A stretch of 63,503 bases of DNA, filler included, from Octopus bimaculoides (Eukaryota), in the NCBI RefSeq assembly GCF_001194135.2. It is 3 parts of 3 records of this genome, joined end to end, with 100 filler letters (N's around TTAATTAATTAA, not from the genome) between each part and the next. Parts side by side here need not be neighbours in the genome. Positions count along the whole stretch, not along the records: positions 25,433 to 47,119 come from NC_068981.1; positions 47,220 to 63,503 come from NC_068993.1; 1 more part is not named here. One strand, 5' to 3'. A program made the position numbers and the translations under genes. Position 1 is the first letter of the stretch. Each line of letters opens with the position of its first letter. Below the pieces are notes generated by a model. The model saw nothing but the letters and a program-made list of their open reading frames with translations. It searched no databases and was not told the origin of the DNA. Of the stretch, positions 36,019 to 49,552 are shown in pieces.

Positions 36019-36304
36019 NNNNNNNNNNNNNNNNNNNNNNNNNNNNNNNNNNNNNNNNNNNNNNNNNNNNNNNNNNNNNNNNNNNNNNNNNNNNNNNNNN
36101 NNNNNNNNNNNNNNNNNNNNNNNNNNNNNNNNNNNNNNNNNNNNNNNNNNNNNNNNNNNNNNNNNNNNNNNNNNNNNNNNNNNNNNNNNNNNNNNNNNNN
36201 NNNNNNNNNNNNNNNNNNNNNNNNNNNNNNNNNNNNNNNNNNNNNNNNNNTATATATATATATATATATATATATATCATACCTACATACATACCTACAT
36301 ACAT

Positions 36305-36610
36305 GCAAGAAATAGCTTCCCAAAGATGCACCACTCCAGTGGAATGTGCGTGAAAATTTAAACACATGGACTGCTGTGTTTCTATACGAGAACAGTATGC
36401 CTATGAGTAAAATTTAGAATTTTAATTACTTATACATCCATATTTATATAAGACCTCTATATATATTCACCTTGATGCTGCTTCTCGAACTCCCGTTGAT
36501 ACATCAATGATAATTATAATTACGAAAGAAACATCGAACATATGTTCATGGGCGGTGTTTAGTTCAAAAAGTAAACGCTGTAAAAACGGACCCAGGACCC
36601 ATAACAAAAC
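36305..36610 (+). repeat. ~300-bp unit, copy 2
   Basis: Collinear with 35485-35785. Confidence 0.8.
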
Positions 36611-38211
36611 CAAACAAAAGAGAAAGAACGGTGGACAGCTGACCATAAATACTATGAAATGGTTGATTTATACACGCTACTATGCAACACTTTTGCAAAA
36701 ACCTGCAGGAATAAACCCATACAGTAAATACCCAGTAACAGATGTATGTATATTATATACATATATATACATATATGTACATATATATATATATATATAT
36801 ATATANNNNNNNNNNNNNNNNNNNNNNNNNNNNNNNNNNNNNNNNNNNNNNNNNNNNNNNNNNNNNNNNNNNNNNNNNNNNNNNNNNNNNNNNNNNNNNN
36901 NNNNNNNNNNNNNNNNNNNNNNNNNNNNNNNNNNNNNNNNNNNNNNNNNNNNNNNNNNNNNNNNNNNNNNNNNNNNNNNNNNNNNNNNNNNNNNNNNNNN
37001 NNNNNNNNNNNNNNNNNNNNNNNNNNNNNNNNNNNNNNNNNNNNNNNNNNNNNNNNNNNNNNNNNNNNNNNNNNNTATTTATATATATGTATGTATGTAG
37101 GTATGTATGTATGTATGTATGTATGTATATGCATGTATATATATCCACTTTGTCACATAAGCCTACTCGAATCTATTATTAATGTTAATCGAAAGAAGAA
37201 GGTACTGCATCTAAAGAATATGGTTTTCAGCATGTATTCAGACTACTTATATGTTTCAAGTTCAAAACCCGCCGACGTAAGCGTTTGATTTTATATCTCG
37301 AAGTGAGTGGATGAAATGAAGTACTAATCAAGTACTATAGTCAACCTTACCGACAATCACACTCCCATTCAAAATTGCCGAATTCGTGACTAAATCAGAA
37401 GATATTAATACCAATCGAACCCCAAATCCCACTAGAATTTGCTGCCTTTTATCCTTACCAATGAAATAGAGTAGCATTTACTGGGGTCGGTGGAACCCAC
37501 TAAAACACTTCACTCAAATTTGAAGTGTTTTTTGGGACTTTAAAGTCAGACTTTGAAGCGTTAGTACTTTGTTAAATAGTCTGTTTCTAACGTAGAACCT
37601 AATTCACTCCTTTTTGCATGGTTTTTTTTTTCATTTTGGTTCTTTATTTGAAACTTACACGTAATTTATTAACCGCCTAGTCCCTTAACACTTACTTTTC
37701 TTTTTTCTCTCTTCTCTCTAATACTCGCTCCCTCTCACGTCATCGTTCTGTCTATGTCTCTCTTTCTCTTTCCTCTTTGTCTCTGTCTGTCTGTCTCTGT
37801 CTCTTCTTCCCTCTATCTTTCTCCCTCCCTCTCTCTCCACCTTTCTCTCACTCTTTCTTTCTCTCCGTTTTTCTTTTTTTTGTCTCTCTCTCTCTCTGTC
37901 TCTCTCTAAAAAATATATGTATATATATATGTGTGTCTGTCTGTCTATCTATCTCTCCTTCTCTCTCTCTCTCGCTCTTCCCCCCCTCTATCGCTCCCCC
38001 CCTCTCTCTCTTCTTTGTATTCACTATTTTTTTCTTGGTCCTTCAATCCAATCGTAGTTTTCCTCCAACTCCAGACACAACATCCCTCTGCTATTATTTC
38101 GCTCTCTTTTATCTTCCTGCTTTCACTTTCAACATCCCTATTCTCTTTCTCTTTATCTCCCCTTTCCAGCCATCACATTTTATTTCCCTCTCTCTCCCCC
38201 CNNNNNNNNNN

Positions 38212-38246
<35 letters not shown>

Positions 38247-38565
38247 TCTCTCTTCTTCTACGCCTCCCCAACCCTCTTTATTTCTCTATTTCCTTTTCCC
38301 GCTCGCTCCAATCATGACTCATTCTAATGAGGAGATCAGTTGCACTTGTTGCACACGCAACAGCACTGACCTGGGTGGAGATGATATTAATGGTGGCATT
38401 CCAGATGATAGAGGGATAGAAAGGGGTGGCAGCTGATATCGCGTTGGTGGCTGCAATAGCTGGGAGGGGGCTAGCGATAGATGCTAGTTATGAGTTTGTA
38501 TTTTGTTTTATTGATGTTGTCGATGTTGCTGGTGTTGCTGTTGATGTTGTTGTTAATGTTGTTGT

Positions 38566-38609
<44 letters not shown>

Positions 38610-38825
38610 TGGAGTGATGCTGGAAGTTGCGTTGTTGTTTATAGTGTTGTTATTACCACATTTCTACTTTTCTATTGGTATATGTTAATCTATTTTTTTG
38701 GAGGGGGGAGTATTTATTTTCTTGTTATGATGGAGAGCCGTCTCGATAGCTGTGGCGTTGGTAGTGACGGTGCTGCTGCTGCTGCTGAAGATGATGATGA
38801 TGATGACGATGATGATGATGACGAC

Positions 38826-38860
<35 letters not shown>

Positions 38861-38985
38861 CGACGATGATGATGATGATGATGATGATGACGATGATGAT
38901 GATGATGATGATGACGATGATGATGATGATGACGATGGTGATGGTGATGATGGTGATGATGATGATGACGATGATGATGATGATG
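38566..38985. repeat. (GAT)n/(GAC)n trinucleotide arrays
   Basis: Direct reading. These arrays are the source of the spurious poly-D/M/S ORFs. Confidence 0.95.
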
Positions 38986-39954
38986 NNNNNNNNNNNNNNN
39001 NNNNNNNNNNNNNNNNNNNNNNNNNNNNNNNNNNNNNNNNNNNNNNNNNNNNNNNNNNNNNNNNNNNNNNNNNNNNNNNNNNNNNNNNNNNNNNNNNNNN
39101 NNNNNNNNNNNNNNNNNNNNNNNNNNNNNNNNNNNNNNNNNNNNNNNNNNNNNNNNNNNNNNNNNNNNNNNNNNNNNNNNNNNNNNNNNNNNNNNNNNNN
39201 NNNNNNNNNNNNNNNNNNNNNNNNNNNNNNNNNNNNNNNNNNNNNNNNNNNNNNNNNNNNNNNNNNNNNNNNNNNNNNNNNNNNNNNNNNNNNNNNNNNN
39301 NNNNNNNNNNNNNNNNNNNNNNNNNNNNNNNNNNNNNNNNNNNNNNNNNNNNNNNNNNNNNNNNNNNNNNNNNNNNNNNNNNNNNNNNNNNNNNNNNNNN
39401 NNNNNNNNNNNNNNNNNNNNNNNNNNNNNNNNNNNNNNNNNNNNNNNNNNNNNNNNNNNNNNNNNNNNNNNNNNNNNNNNNNNNNNNNNNNNNNNNNNNN
39501 NNNNNNNNNNNNNNNNNNNNNNNNNNNNNNNNNNNNNNNNNNNNNNNNNNNNNNNNNNNNNNNNNNNNNNNNNNNNNNNNNNNNNNNNNNNNNNNNNNNN
39601 NNNNNNNNNNNNNNNNNNNNNNNNNNNNNNNNNNNNNNNNNNNNNNNNNNNNNNNNNNNNNNNNNNNNNNNNNNNNNNNNNNNNNNNNNNNNNNNNNNNN
39701 NNNNNNNNNNNNNNNNNNNNNNNNNNNNNNNNNNNNNNNNNNNNNNNNNNNNNNNNNNNNNNNNNNNNNNNNNNNNNNNNNNNNNNNNNNNNNNNNNNNN
39801 NNNNNNNNNNNNNNNNNNNNNNNNNNNNNNNNNNNNNNNNNNNNNNNNNNNNNNNNNNNNNNNNNNNNNNNNNNNNNNNNNNNNNNNNNNNNNNNNNNNN
39901 NNNNNNNNNNNNNNNNNNNNNNNNNNNNNNNNNNNNNNNGGCGGTGGCGGTATG

Positions 39955-39985
<31 letters not shown>

Positions 39986-40473
39986 GCTGGTGGTGCTTGT
40001 GGTGGTGGCGATGGTATTTAAGGAAGGAGTTGGTCGTGGTGGGAAACAGCAGCAACTGAAGCAGTGATAAAAGTAATACATAATGTAAGAACAGGCCCTA
40101 ATCCAGAATCCAAGGAAACCGTTATTGGTCTGTGTCGGTAGCAAGTGATCCAAAGACGAAAAAAAAAGAAAAAATATATATTTTGTTGATTCAGAGAGGC
40201 ATTGCATTTCCTGAGGTTGTTGTGACATGTCTTTCATTAAAATTGATGTTTACTCCAAATCAACCCTGCTTCACCAATAACCAAATCAGAGGCATTCCAG
40301 TTGTGACGATCTACCCCCACCCCACTTACACACACAGACACAGAGCATACAGACACAGACACACACACACACACACACACCCATTTGAGCACCGTTTGTA
40401 AATATATATATATATGTATGTATATATATATATACATATATATATATATTTATATATTTGTGTGCGTGTATAC

Positions 40474-40511
<38 letters not shown>

Positions 40512-41012
40512 TGTGTCGACGCTCCCAGGCGAAGAAGTATGTTCTCCCAAGTCATCTAAATATAGAGGTAGTTTGGCCGTGGTAGGAGAGTTGAGTAGCA
40601 GTCGAGTAGCAGCTGTGTGGCGGTTGAGTAGAGATCATCTGAAGGTGCTAGATAGCAGAAGCTTGAGACATAACAATAGATATATATGTATGTCGTTGCT
40701 ATTATGTTAAACTATCGTATGTCCAAGTTGCAATAGCCGGTTGTTTTGGTCAAACTATCGTATCTACAGTTGTTTCAGATGTCTAGTTATCAAAAATTGG
40801 CAAAGTGTAGTACAACGGTTTTTGCTATAGAATGGTGAAACTATGTTTTCGTTTTCTTAAAACCTTACTTTTGCATAATAGCAACCATATAAATCAATAT
40901 ATATGTGGGGGGGGGGGCTATGTATGTGTGTAAGTATGCCTATGTACATGTATGTATTTGAATACCTATAGATGTATGTGTGTAGGTATTGGTATTTGGC
41001 TATTTGTATGTA

Positions 41013-41086
<74 letters not shown>

Positions 41087-43007
41087 TGCGTGTGTGCGTG
41101 TGTATATACATATATATATGTGTATGAGTACATATACAGAGAAGTATATGTGTACCTATTTCTATATCAGTGTGAGCATAATTATATTATTTGGGAATAT
41201 CCCGGTATTTCAGTTGTTGTCTACTCTACATTACTAAAAATTTTACACCATCTCTTATTTTGATTTCCTCTCTATGAAAATGTATACAACTATAAAATTT
41301 AAAACAATTAATTTCGACACACATCAACACACACAAAAAAAAAAAGACTTTTCGTATATGCAAAATACTCAATATCTATTTATGCATTATTATTATCATT
41401 ATTTATTGTATATAAGACCACCGTGTAAATAGTAGTAGTAGTAGTAGTAGTAGTAGTGATAGTAGTTGTTGTTCTTTAGCCATAGGCTGGCCCTGACCGA
41501 ACAGCCCTATACACAATAGAATTCCAGCTATTACCATGTTACCATGCCAAATTTTGTGGAATATCTTATTTTACACGGGAGGATATAGTTTGCGAGGCAT
41601 TTGGTTGCTATTTCTGACAGGCTATAGAACGAGGTATTTGTTTTTGTTGAGCCACAATCTGGCGCTAAGATTAAGTAAACCTATCATAAAAGACGTTCCA
41701 CAAATGACAAATCTGTCTGACGATGGCGGTGTTGTTGAGAAGTATTGTCAGTCTTGTTTATACGTAGCTCAGCCCATGATCAAGTATATGTTTGATCAAA
41801 AGCATTCTATCCACGACCACTCACCTTTTATAAAGCTTAGAGCACATAGAATTTCAGTATCCAGTATGTTTTTCTTTTCTTAAAACAATAGTATTTATAT
41901 TGAGGAAGATATTTCTGTTATGCCTAGCCAAACCAAAACACAGCATTGGCGACGAGAGGTAGTGATGGTTTGAGTGATAATGGAGGAGGGTGATAGTGAT
42001 ACTTGTGGTGGTAGTGGCAGTCGTGGCTGAGTGGATAATGCAGATAACTGTAAGAATAAATGAAATTTGGATAAGAAACCCCAGAGACAATCGCATACAA
42101 CTTTATAAGAAATTAGAGAAATTAAATTTGTGTACTTTCTTTTTTTGATATTTCAATCTGGATTTAGAAAATACAATGTAAATATGTTTACAATTCTAAC
42201 AAGTTCTGTGTGTCTTTATTTTATAGTCTAAAAAAATATTCAGTTATTTTTTTCTTAGATAATCTTAAAAGAATCTATTTTTTTTTTGTTGTTGTTGTTT
42301 TGAGAGTTGCGTAGTAGAATCGAGAAAACAACGAGCCACATATGTGAGATGTTACATCACCTGATTTAACACCGCCACAAGGCAATGAGAGAATCTAAAC
42401 AAGATCAATCAACATGCTAAAAATAGCAGCTAAATAGTTGTCATAATACACCCTATATGCTTCTGCATTTAAAAAAAGAACTGATACACTTGATAATGTA
42501 GTCCCTAGAAAATATTTCTAAAATGTGAAACAAAGTGCTCTGCATTGCTCAAAACCTCTTTATTCAGCTCAAGAGTAAAAACTAAAGTGAATATTATCAT
42601 CAACGCGGTCGTTTGACATGTTTGAAAAACTAAACAACCAAATCACGCACTACCGTCTCAGAAAACAATGACACAATAAATAATTTAATCTTTGGTGTAC
42701 TTTACCTGGGAAAAGAAGTGATAAACTTAGAAGTCCTTTGATCACACGTTTAACCAGTAGTTGTTAACCTAGGGCTGAAAATCAGAATTACACCAACGAA
42801 GGCATAAATGTAGTGCGGTTTGTTGATGCTTTTCTGGTGCCATTCGTAGGCATCGACCCAAAGCTTTCAATCAACGGAACTCTTTCCCAAAATAAACTTC
42901 TAATATCCATCTCTCTCACATTAGAAGGATAATTTAATAATCTAGTACTTGATATGCTGTCGGAAGATAAGGTAGGAGAATCAAAGCAGGAATCTCACTG
43001 ACAATAT

Positions 43008-43394
43008 TGTTGTTGGCACTCCGTCGCTTACGACGTCGAGGGTTCCAGTTGATCCGATCAGCGGAACAGCCTGCTGGTGAAATTAACGTGCAAGTGGCTG
43101 AGCACTCCACAGACACGTGTACCCTTAACGTAGTTCTCGGGGAGATTCAGTGTGACACAGTGTGACAAGGCTGACCCTTTGAATTGCAGGCACAACAGAG
43201 ACATGAAGTAAGAGTGACAAAAAGTTGTGGTGAAAGAGTAGAGCAAGGTTCGCCACCATCCCCTGCCGGAGCCTCGTGGAGCTTTAGGTGTTTTCGCTCA
43301 ACAAACACTCACAACGCCCGGTCTGGGAATCGAAATCGCGATCCTATGACCGCGAGTCCGCTACCCTAACCACTGGGCCATTGCGCTTCCACAG
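43008..43394 (-). mobile_element. Young full-length tRNA-derived SINE (family D) with 10-bp TSD CTGACAATAT
   Basis: Reverse complement head gtggaagcgcaatggcccagtggttagggtagcggactcgcggtc...tttcgattccc (A and B boxes) and (ACA)n tail. CTGACAATAT lies at 42998-43007 and 43395-43404. Confidence 0.92.
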
Positions 43395-43432
43395 CTGACA
43401 ATATATATTTTGGTTTAAACATCAAATTCACA

Positions 43433-43472
<40 letters not shown>

Positions 43473-44036
43473 CACACACACACACACACACAAGTTAAAC
43501 GCCAACTGTTTATCTGTGCCCCTGACTGGAGATTATATTGTTGGAAATATTTGTATCAGCCTAAACAATATTTTTAAACAAACCGAATGCCTACGCTTCT
43601 ATTCCAGATTCTGAACATTATATACCGGGATTAGTCTAAACTCTGATCCGAAAAGTAAAACATAAATAAAGTGTGATCTACTGGTTATGATGTATTTATA
43701 CTCGGAAGGTCGTAGTACCGATTCAAAATGAGTTTTGTTCTTGAGAAAACTACTTGATTTGACGTTGCTCAGTGACGATGTCGTTGTAGCATAACGTGGG
43801 CATTGGTAGACAATAGTAATCGAAAGGAGTGAGTGAGCTCAAGTACAGCACAAACGTTTGTTTACTATAAACAAATAATTTGTGCCGGTTCAGCAAAAAA
43901 TTACGGGAACTTCATTTGTAGTTTAGGTCAGGAAATCCTGTCTCTCTCTTTCTTATCTCCCTTCCTATCATTTCTCCACGTGAGGTTAACACAATCCCAC
44001 CATTTACTGACTTATGTATTTATATATATATGTATG

Positions 44037-44131
<95 letters not shown>

Positions 44132-44174
44132 ATGTATGTATGTATGTATGTATGTATGTATGTGTATATCTTTT

Positions 44175-44570
44175 TTTATTTTTCGTTCACTTGTTTCGGT
44201 CATTAGACTATGGCCATCCTGGGGTACCGCCTTGGAATTTTTTTTAGTCGAATGAATCAACCTAGTTATTTAATATTATTAAGCTCGGTGTTGATTCTAT
44301 CGGTTGCATTTGAAGAACCACTAAGTTACGGAGATGTAAACACACCAACACGTGTTATCAAACAGTGGTGGAGAACAGATACAGACACACACACGTATAT
44401 ATATATATATACATATACGCCCGAGGGGTTCTTTCAGTTTCCGTCTATCAAATCCACTCACAAAGCTTGAATCGGCCTGAGGCTATACTATTAAAAACTT
44501 GCCCAATGTGCCTGACAGACACACTGAACCTGGAACCAAGTGGTTGGGAAGCAACCTTCTTACCATACAA
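44175..44570 (-). mobile_element. SINE family A, near full length
   Basis: cacttgtttcggtcattagactatggccat...gaaccactaagttacggagatgtaaacac...ttctttcagtttccgtctatcaaatccactcacaaagc...ctgaacctggaacc. Confidence 0.88.
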
Positions 44571-45428
44571 TGGAATTAATTTTCCATGTTTCATTCTCCA
44601 TGTAGTATTTGTTTTTAAATATCTGCGTAGGATATATCAATTTATTATTTTTCAGCGAGTTGTTTTCTATAGTTAGTGCACAGAAATGTTCTCCTTACAT
44701 CTACGACATTATTATTGTAACTAATGACAATATATGCGTGTGTTGTATGTATGTGTGTGTACACATATACAGACTCCCATTCACTAAAATATCCTTATGT
44801 GCGTAATAGAAAAATATTTATTTTCTAATTCGAGATTAAATAACGTGGAAAGACATAAGCTAAAAAAAATAATAATTTCCTTTCTTCTAGTTTATTTCGT
44901 ATTTTCATTAAGCAATACTACTATAATGGCCTGCCTCGGCATTTGAGAAAGATATACATCAACTCATGACAAGAGTTTCTACAGTATGTAGGCGACGGAA
45001 CTTTGATATCTCCATTATAACCTTTAATTCTACTGGGATTATCTGATAGGATATAATGTTAACTGAAATTTTATGAAATATATATATATATATANNNNNN
45101 NNNNNNNNNNNNNNNNNNNNNNNNNNNNNNNNNNNNNNNNNNNNNNNNNNNNNNNNNNNNNNNNNNNNNNNNNNNNNNNNNNNNNNNNNTGTATATATAT
45201 ATATATATATATATATAGTGTAAACAGATTTAGCGGTTAAAATAACCGACTAAGGGATTAAATATCCGTATGTACTGTCGGTATCTGTCACTCCTGTTAT
45301 CCCGGGAATGTGTATGCAGGCACACTATACACGTAGAGTGCAGGTAATAACAGAATAAACAAGAGCTTATCAGGAATCAAATACAAATAATCAGAAAATG
45401 GAGAAAACCTCAGATAAACAAACATCGA

Positions 45429-45724
45429 TTATAGCTTCTTTTTTAATACACAGCATGACATAATAAATAGGCGACGTAAAAAATCTTACGGCTGTTTCCG
45501 GATCCGTTGCCAAACACTATGTATAACTAATTCCGAAAATAACATTCCTCATCTTCATAGGACATTCGAATCAAGCCCTTAATTCGAATGTCCAATGAAG
45601 ATTAATAATTTCATTTTCGTAAGTATTTATAGACAGTGTTTGGCAACGGATGCGGAAACGGCTGTAAGATTTGTTACATCACCTATTTCTTATGGCATGC
45701 TTTGTATTAAAAAAGAAGCTATAA
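45429..45724. repeat. ~296-bp imperfect palindrome (about 143-bp arms, ~10-nt loop)
   Basis: Left arm ttatagcttc...cttacggctgtttccggatccgttgccaaacacta...ggacattcgaat is the reverse complement of the right arm attcgaatgtcc...cagtgtttggcaacggatgcggaaacggctgtaag...gaagctataa. Confidence 0.92.
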
Positions 45725-45774
45725 ATGTGGTCCAATCAAGATCAGTGCTCGACCTCAGCATTGACATGAGCAAG

Positions 45775-46279
45775 CATTAAGGACCAATTACATCAAATAC
45801 AGAATAGACAGCACATCAGAAAGTGATGTGTCCCATTTGTGGACAAAATGGTGAGATCGAATGACAGATTACCAGTCAATGTACACCATTAGCCCAGGAA
45901 GAACATAGGAGACGTCATGACAAAATAGCAAGGATTCTCGATTGGATACTTTGCAACAGGTATGGACTTGACGGAGCAAAAATGTGGTACCAACATAAAC
46001 CCAAACGCATCATCAAAAATGATAATGCAAAGATCCTATGGGATTTTACGACTTACTGCGGCTATGTGATAGACAATAGGCAACTAGACATAGTGTTAAA
46101 TAAGAAAGAAAGCAAACGATACTGGATCATAGATATAGCATACCCAAGATATGCGATAAGGAAGAAAGAAAAGTCGATATATATGACAGATTAGGAGCGT
46201 TACCTTAGTTTTCTGGTAGTGAGCAGCTGACACAATAACACATCTCCAGCGTTAGAAGCTGTGCAAAGACAATAACATA

Positions 46280-46290
<11 letters not shown>
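45775..46290 (+). mobile_element. R4/Dong-like element 3' fragment: CCHC knuckle, restriction-like endonuclease remnant, probable 3' end
   Basis: ALRTNYIKYRIDSTSES, ITSQCTPLAQEEHRRRHDKIARI, WYQHKPKRIIKNDNAKILWDF...DIVLNKKESKRYWIIDIAYP. Followed by a short UTR-like segment ending at (ATA)/(ATG)n. Confidence 0.85.
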
Positions 46291-46311
<21 letters not shown>

Positions 46312-46817
46312 ATGCCAGTGTTACCATATCCATTGTTTTGTCTTGGTGTAAAAGATGAGCTGCAGCAAAAATTCTGCTCTCAATATCACAGATTTCTTTG
46401 TCATTTGTTTGGCCTTCACCAGTTGAGCATGTCCATTAGTGGCTGACAATATGTGCATCTCTTGATCACAAGCAGAAGTAGTGGGTGAGCACCATAGCCG
46501 TGTGCTGAGAGGAATTCTTAGAGACTTGAAGTATTCAACTCCAGAAATATGGGTGTTTTGTTCATCATCCTTAAACTTACCTTATTATGGGTCCTTTATA
46601 TAGGGATGGGTTACTTAACCATAAGAGAATTCTTACTGAATTCCACCTGCAAGGGTATGCGCTATTAATCTTGATATGAAATCACTACGTCGCGCACGTT
46701 TAGTTGTGACGCATGTGCCTGGTGTACCCTTATTAGACCGGTAGTCATGATAGGTATATTGGACTTCCTATATTTGTACCTCTGTCATGTTGATGCCATG
46801 AAATACTCTTTCAGTCA

Positions 46818-46818
46818 A

Positions 46819-46869
<51 letters not shown>

Positions 46870-46949
46870 ATCCACATACACCACCACCACATACAACACC
46901 ACCACATCCACCACCACCACATCCACCACCACCGCCACCACTACTACTG

Positions 46950-46991
<42 letters not shown>

Positions 46992-47072
46992 ATAATAATA
47001 ATAATAATAATAATAACAATAATAATAATAATAATGATGATGATAATAATGATAATAATAATCATAATTATG

Positions 47073-47118
<46 letters not shown>

Positions 47119-47119
47119 T
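46818..47119. repeat. Compound (TAC)/(CAC)/(AAT)/(GAT) trinucleotide array
   Basis: Direct reading. Confidence 0.95.
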
Positions 47120-47277
47120 NNNNNNNNNNNNNNNNNNNNNNNNNNNNNNNNNNNNNNNNNNNNTTAATTAATTAANNNNNNNNNNNNNNNNNNNNNNNNN
47201 NNNNNNNNNNNNNNNNNNNAAAGACACACACACATACACGCACGAACACATATACAAACAAACCCACACATACATAC

Positions 47278-47311
<34 letters not shown>

Positions 47312-47680
47312 AATTTAGCAAGCAACACTGAAAAAGTACGGAATCCCAATGGGCCCAAAATGGAAAGACGGAATCAAATCAAAGATAGAGCGAGTAAATG
47401 CCTTCTGATTCTTTATTATTATTATTATTTTTTTTTATATAGTTTTACGGTTTCAGGAACAGGGNNNNNNNNNNNNNNNNNNNNNNNNNNNNNNNNGAAA
47501 TACAAAGGATGAGAAAACTTCAAAATTACCATTTCTTCTATACGCAAAACAATCAATTTTCTTCTTCCTCTAACAAATTGTATCAAGAATTCAACAAAAA
47601 AGAAACTTGAAATAACATGCAACTCAACTGGGAAAGTGATAAAAGAGATTTGGTAAACAATATGGAGCTGATAAAATCAA

Positions 47681-47744
<64 letters not shown>

Positions 47745-47764
47745 GTTTCCATTGATAAAACAGT

Positions 47765-48870
47765 AAATAGTGAACAGAGAAGCGTTCCACAATGCAAGGT
47801 GGGTAGACTTAACAACAGAAGAAAGTCACAGAGCACTTCAATCAAAAGCTATCAATTGGGAAGATTCTGCTATTGATAAATTAGCCAACTCCTGCTTCAA
47901 ACATGTATTTAATGCACATATAATAAATGCAAAAAGATATTTCAATATCTATTATTAGAGAAGCAGGAAAACAACACTCGGTTGGCTCATCAAGGGAATA
48001 ACAACGTTAATATGTAAATCTGATAATGCAAGAAACCTTCAGAATTACAGATCGATTACCTGTCTTTATCCGCATACCACACCTATCAATCTCTCACATC
48101 AATACTCATACTCAGATTAGATACACACTGAGAAGCGTTTATCTTACCAAACGAACAGAAATGATGCCAAAAGAGGCATTTATCGCTGAGGAAAAAAATC
48201 TATTATTGATAAATAAAGCCATAAGTGAAGATAACCGGAATGGAGAGCACATTAAGTATGGTGTGTATAAATAGATTAGCAACCAAACGTTTGATAGCGT
48301 CCCATGTGGATGGTTATTTGGATGGCTAAATATGAGTAAGATAGTACTAGAAATAATTGATTATGTCCAATATGTTATGATAAAATGGAAAACAACCGTT
48401 TATCCACCAAAACGATGGTTGGATAAAAGCCTATGATATCCACATTAGCAGAGAAAATGTACAAGAAAATTTCCTTTCACCGTTACTCTTTTGTTTTGTT
48501 TTAACACATCTGGATCCCATGCTGCAGAAAACTGGGTATTGATACAACTGAAATTGGGCGTATATAAACCATCTTTATACATGAATGATTAAGAACATTA
48601 TCTAACTGGTTTTCATCGGTTAGATAACCTATAACGAAGAGTGAAACATTTTAGTAGGAATACCAGTATGAAAAAATAGGCAACGGTTGCATTTAAAAGA
48701 GATACACGTATACAGGTAATAAAAGCAAATATTGTATGGCTAAATAAAGATACTTGAATTCAAGCAGTAAGATAAAGGAAAGCTTAGAATTATTCAGAAA
48801 TAAGAGAAGATACAAGATTATAGAACAAAAAAGAAAATCAGATGTAGAATATTACCGAGCATTATACTTA
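47765..48870 (+). mobile_element. Heavily decayed R4/Dong-like RT region
   Basis: Remnants WLIKGITTLICKSDNARNLQNYRSITCL, LLLINKAISED, FDSVPCGWL, LSPLLFCFVL and INHLYT*MI (from NHLLYMDD). Preceded by (AAT)n at 47684-47741. Confidence 0.75.
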
Positions 48871-48934
48871 ACGATGAGTTAGCAAAATCCTAAAAATCAT
48901 GTATCAAGTATTATTAATACAACTAAATGTGCCA

Positions 48935-49150
48935 AGCTGAGAGAATCGTTAACTCGTTGGATAAAAATGCTAAGTAACGTTTATTCTATCCCATTACATT
49001 CTTGGTTCAAATACCAACAAGGTCGATTTTAGCTTCTCATCATTTCATTAGTTTTTCATTTCGATAAAGTAAGTGCCAGTTGAGCTTTGTGGTCGTTATA
49101 ATCGACTTATCTCTTCCCTCCACATTGTTGGACTTGTGCTAAAATGGGAC
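48935..49150 (+). mobile_element. SINE family B, degenerate
   Basis: gagaatcgttaactcgttggataaaaatgct...ggttcaaat...ggtcgatttt...tcgataaagtaagtgccagttgag. Confidence 0.7.
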
Positions 49151-49505
49151 AGGATTATTAATACAGCTAGATTCGGGCAACTAGCATACATTTACCAACA
49201 TGAGTAATTGGAGGAAATATACCATACATACAATAATTATAATTTAATTGTATCAAATTAATTTCTGTTTATACAAAATGAGGAAATGAATACTAATTTC
49301 AAAAGAAAACTATTTGTTACATTAAAATGAAATTAGATAAAACAAATTTCTCATTTCTTCCTTAAAACACTTATGTATTCGTTTTGCTTACTCAGGAGAT
49401 AAAGTTCATTTTGTTTCTCTTTAAGTGCAACAGTTCTTAAAGCCAAAGATCACTGTATGCTTTATAAAACAGCCATTAATGCCTTGTGATTGTGTGTGTA
49501 TGTCT

Positions 49506-49552
<47 letters not shown>

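Noticed and set aside
38426-40237. Long ORFs (435-528 aa) with poly-D/M/S/I
   Set aside because: Produced by (GAT)n arrays and a ~950-N gap; no domain content.
42706-42774. Minus-strand 69-nt exon with strong splice sites
   Set aside because: Stops in all frames; no supporting neighbours.
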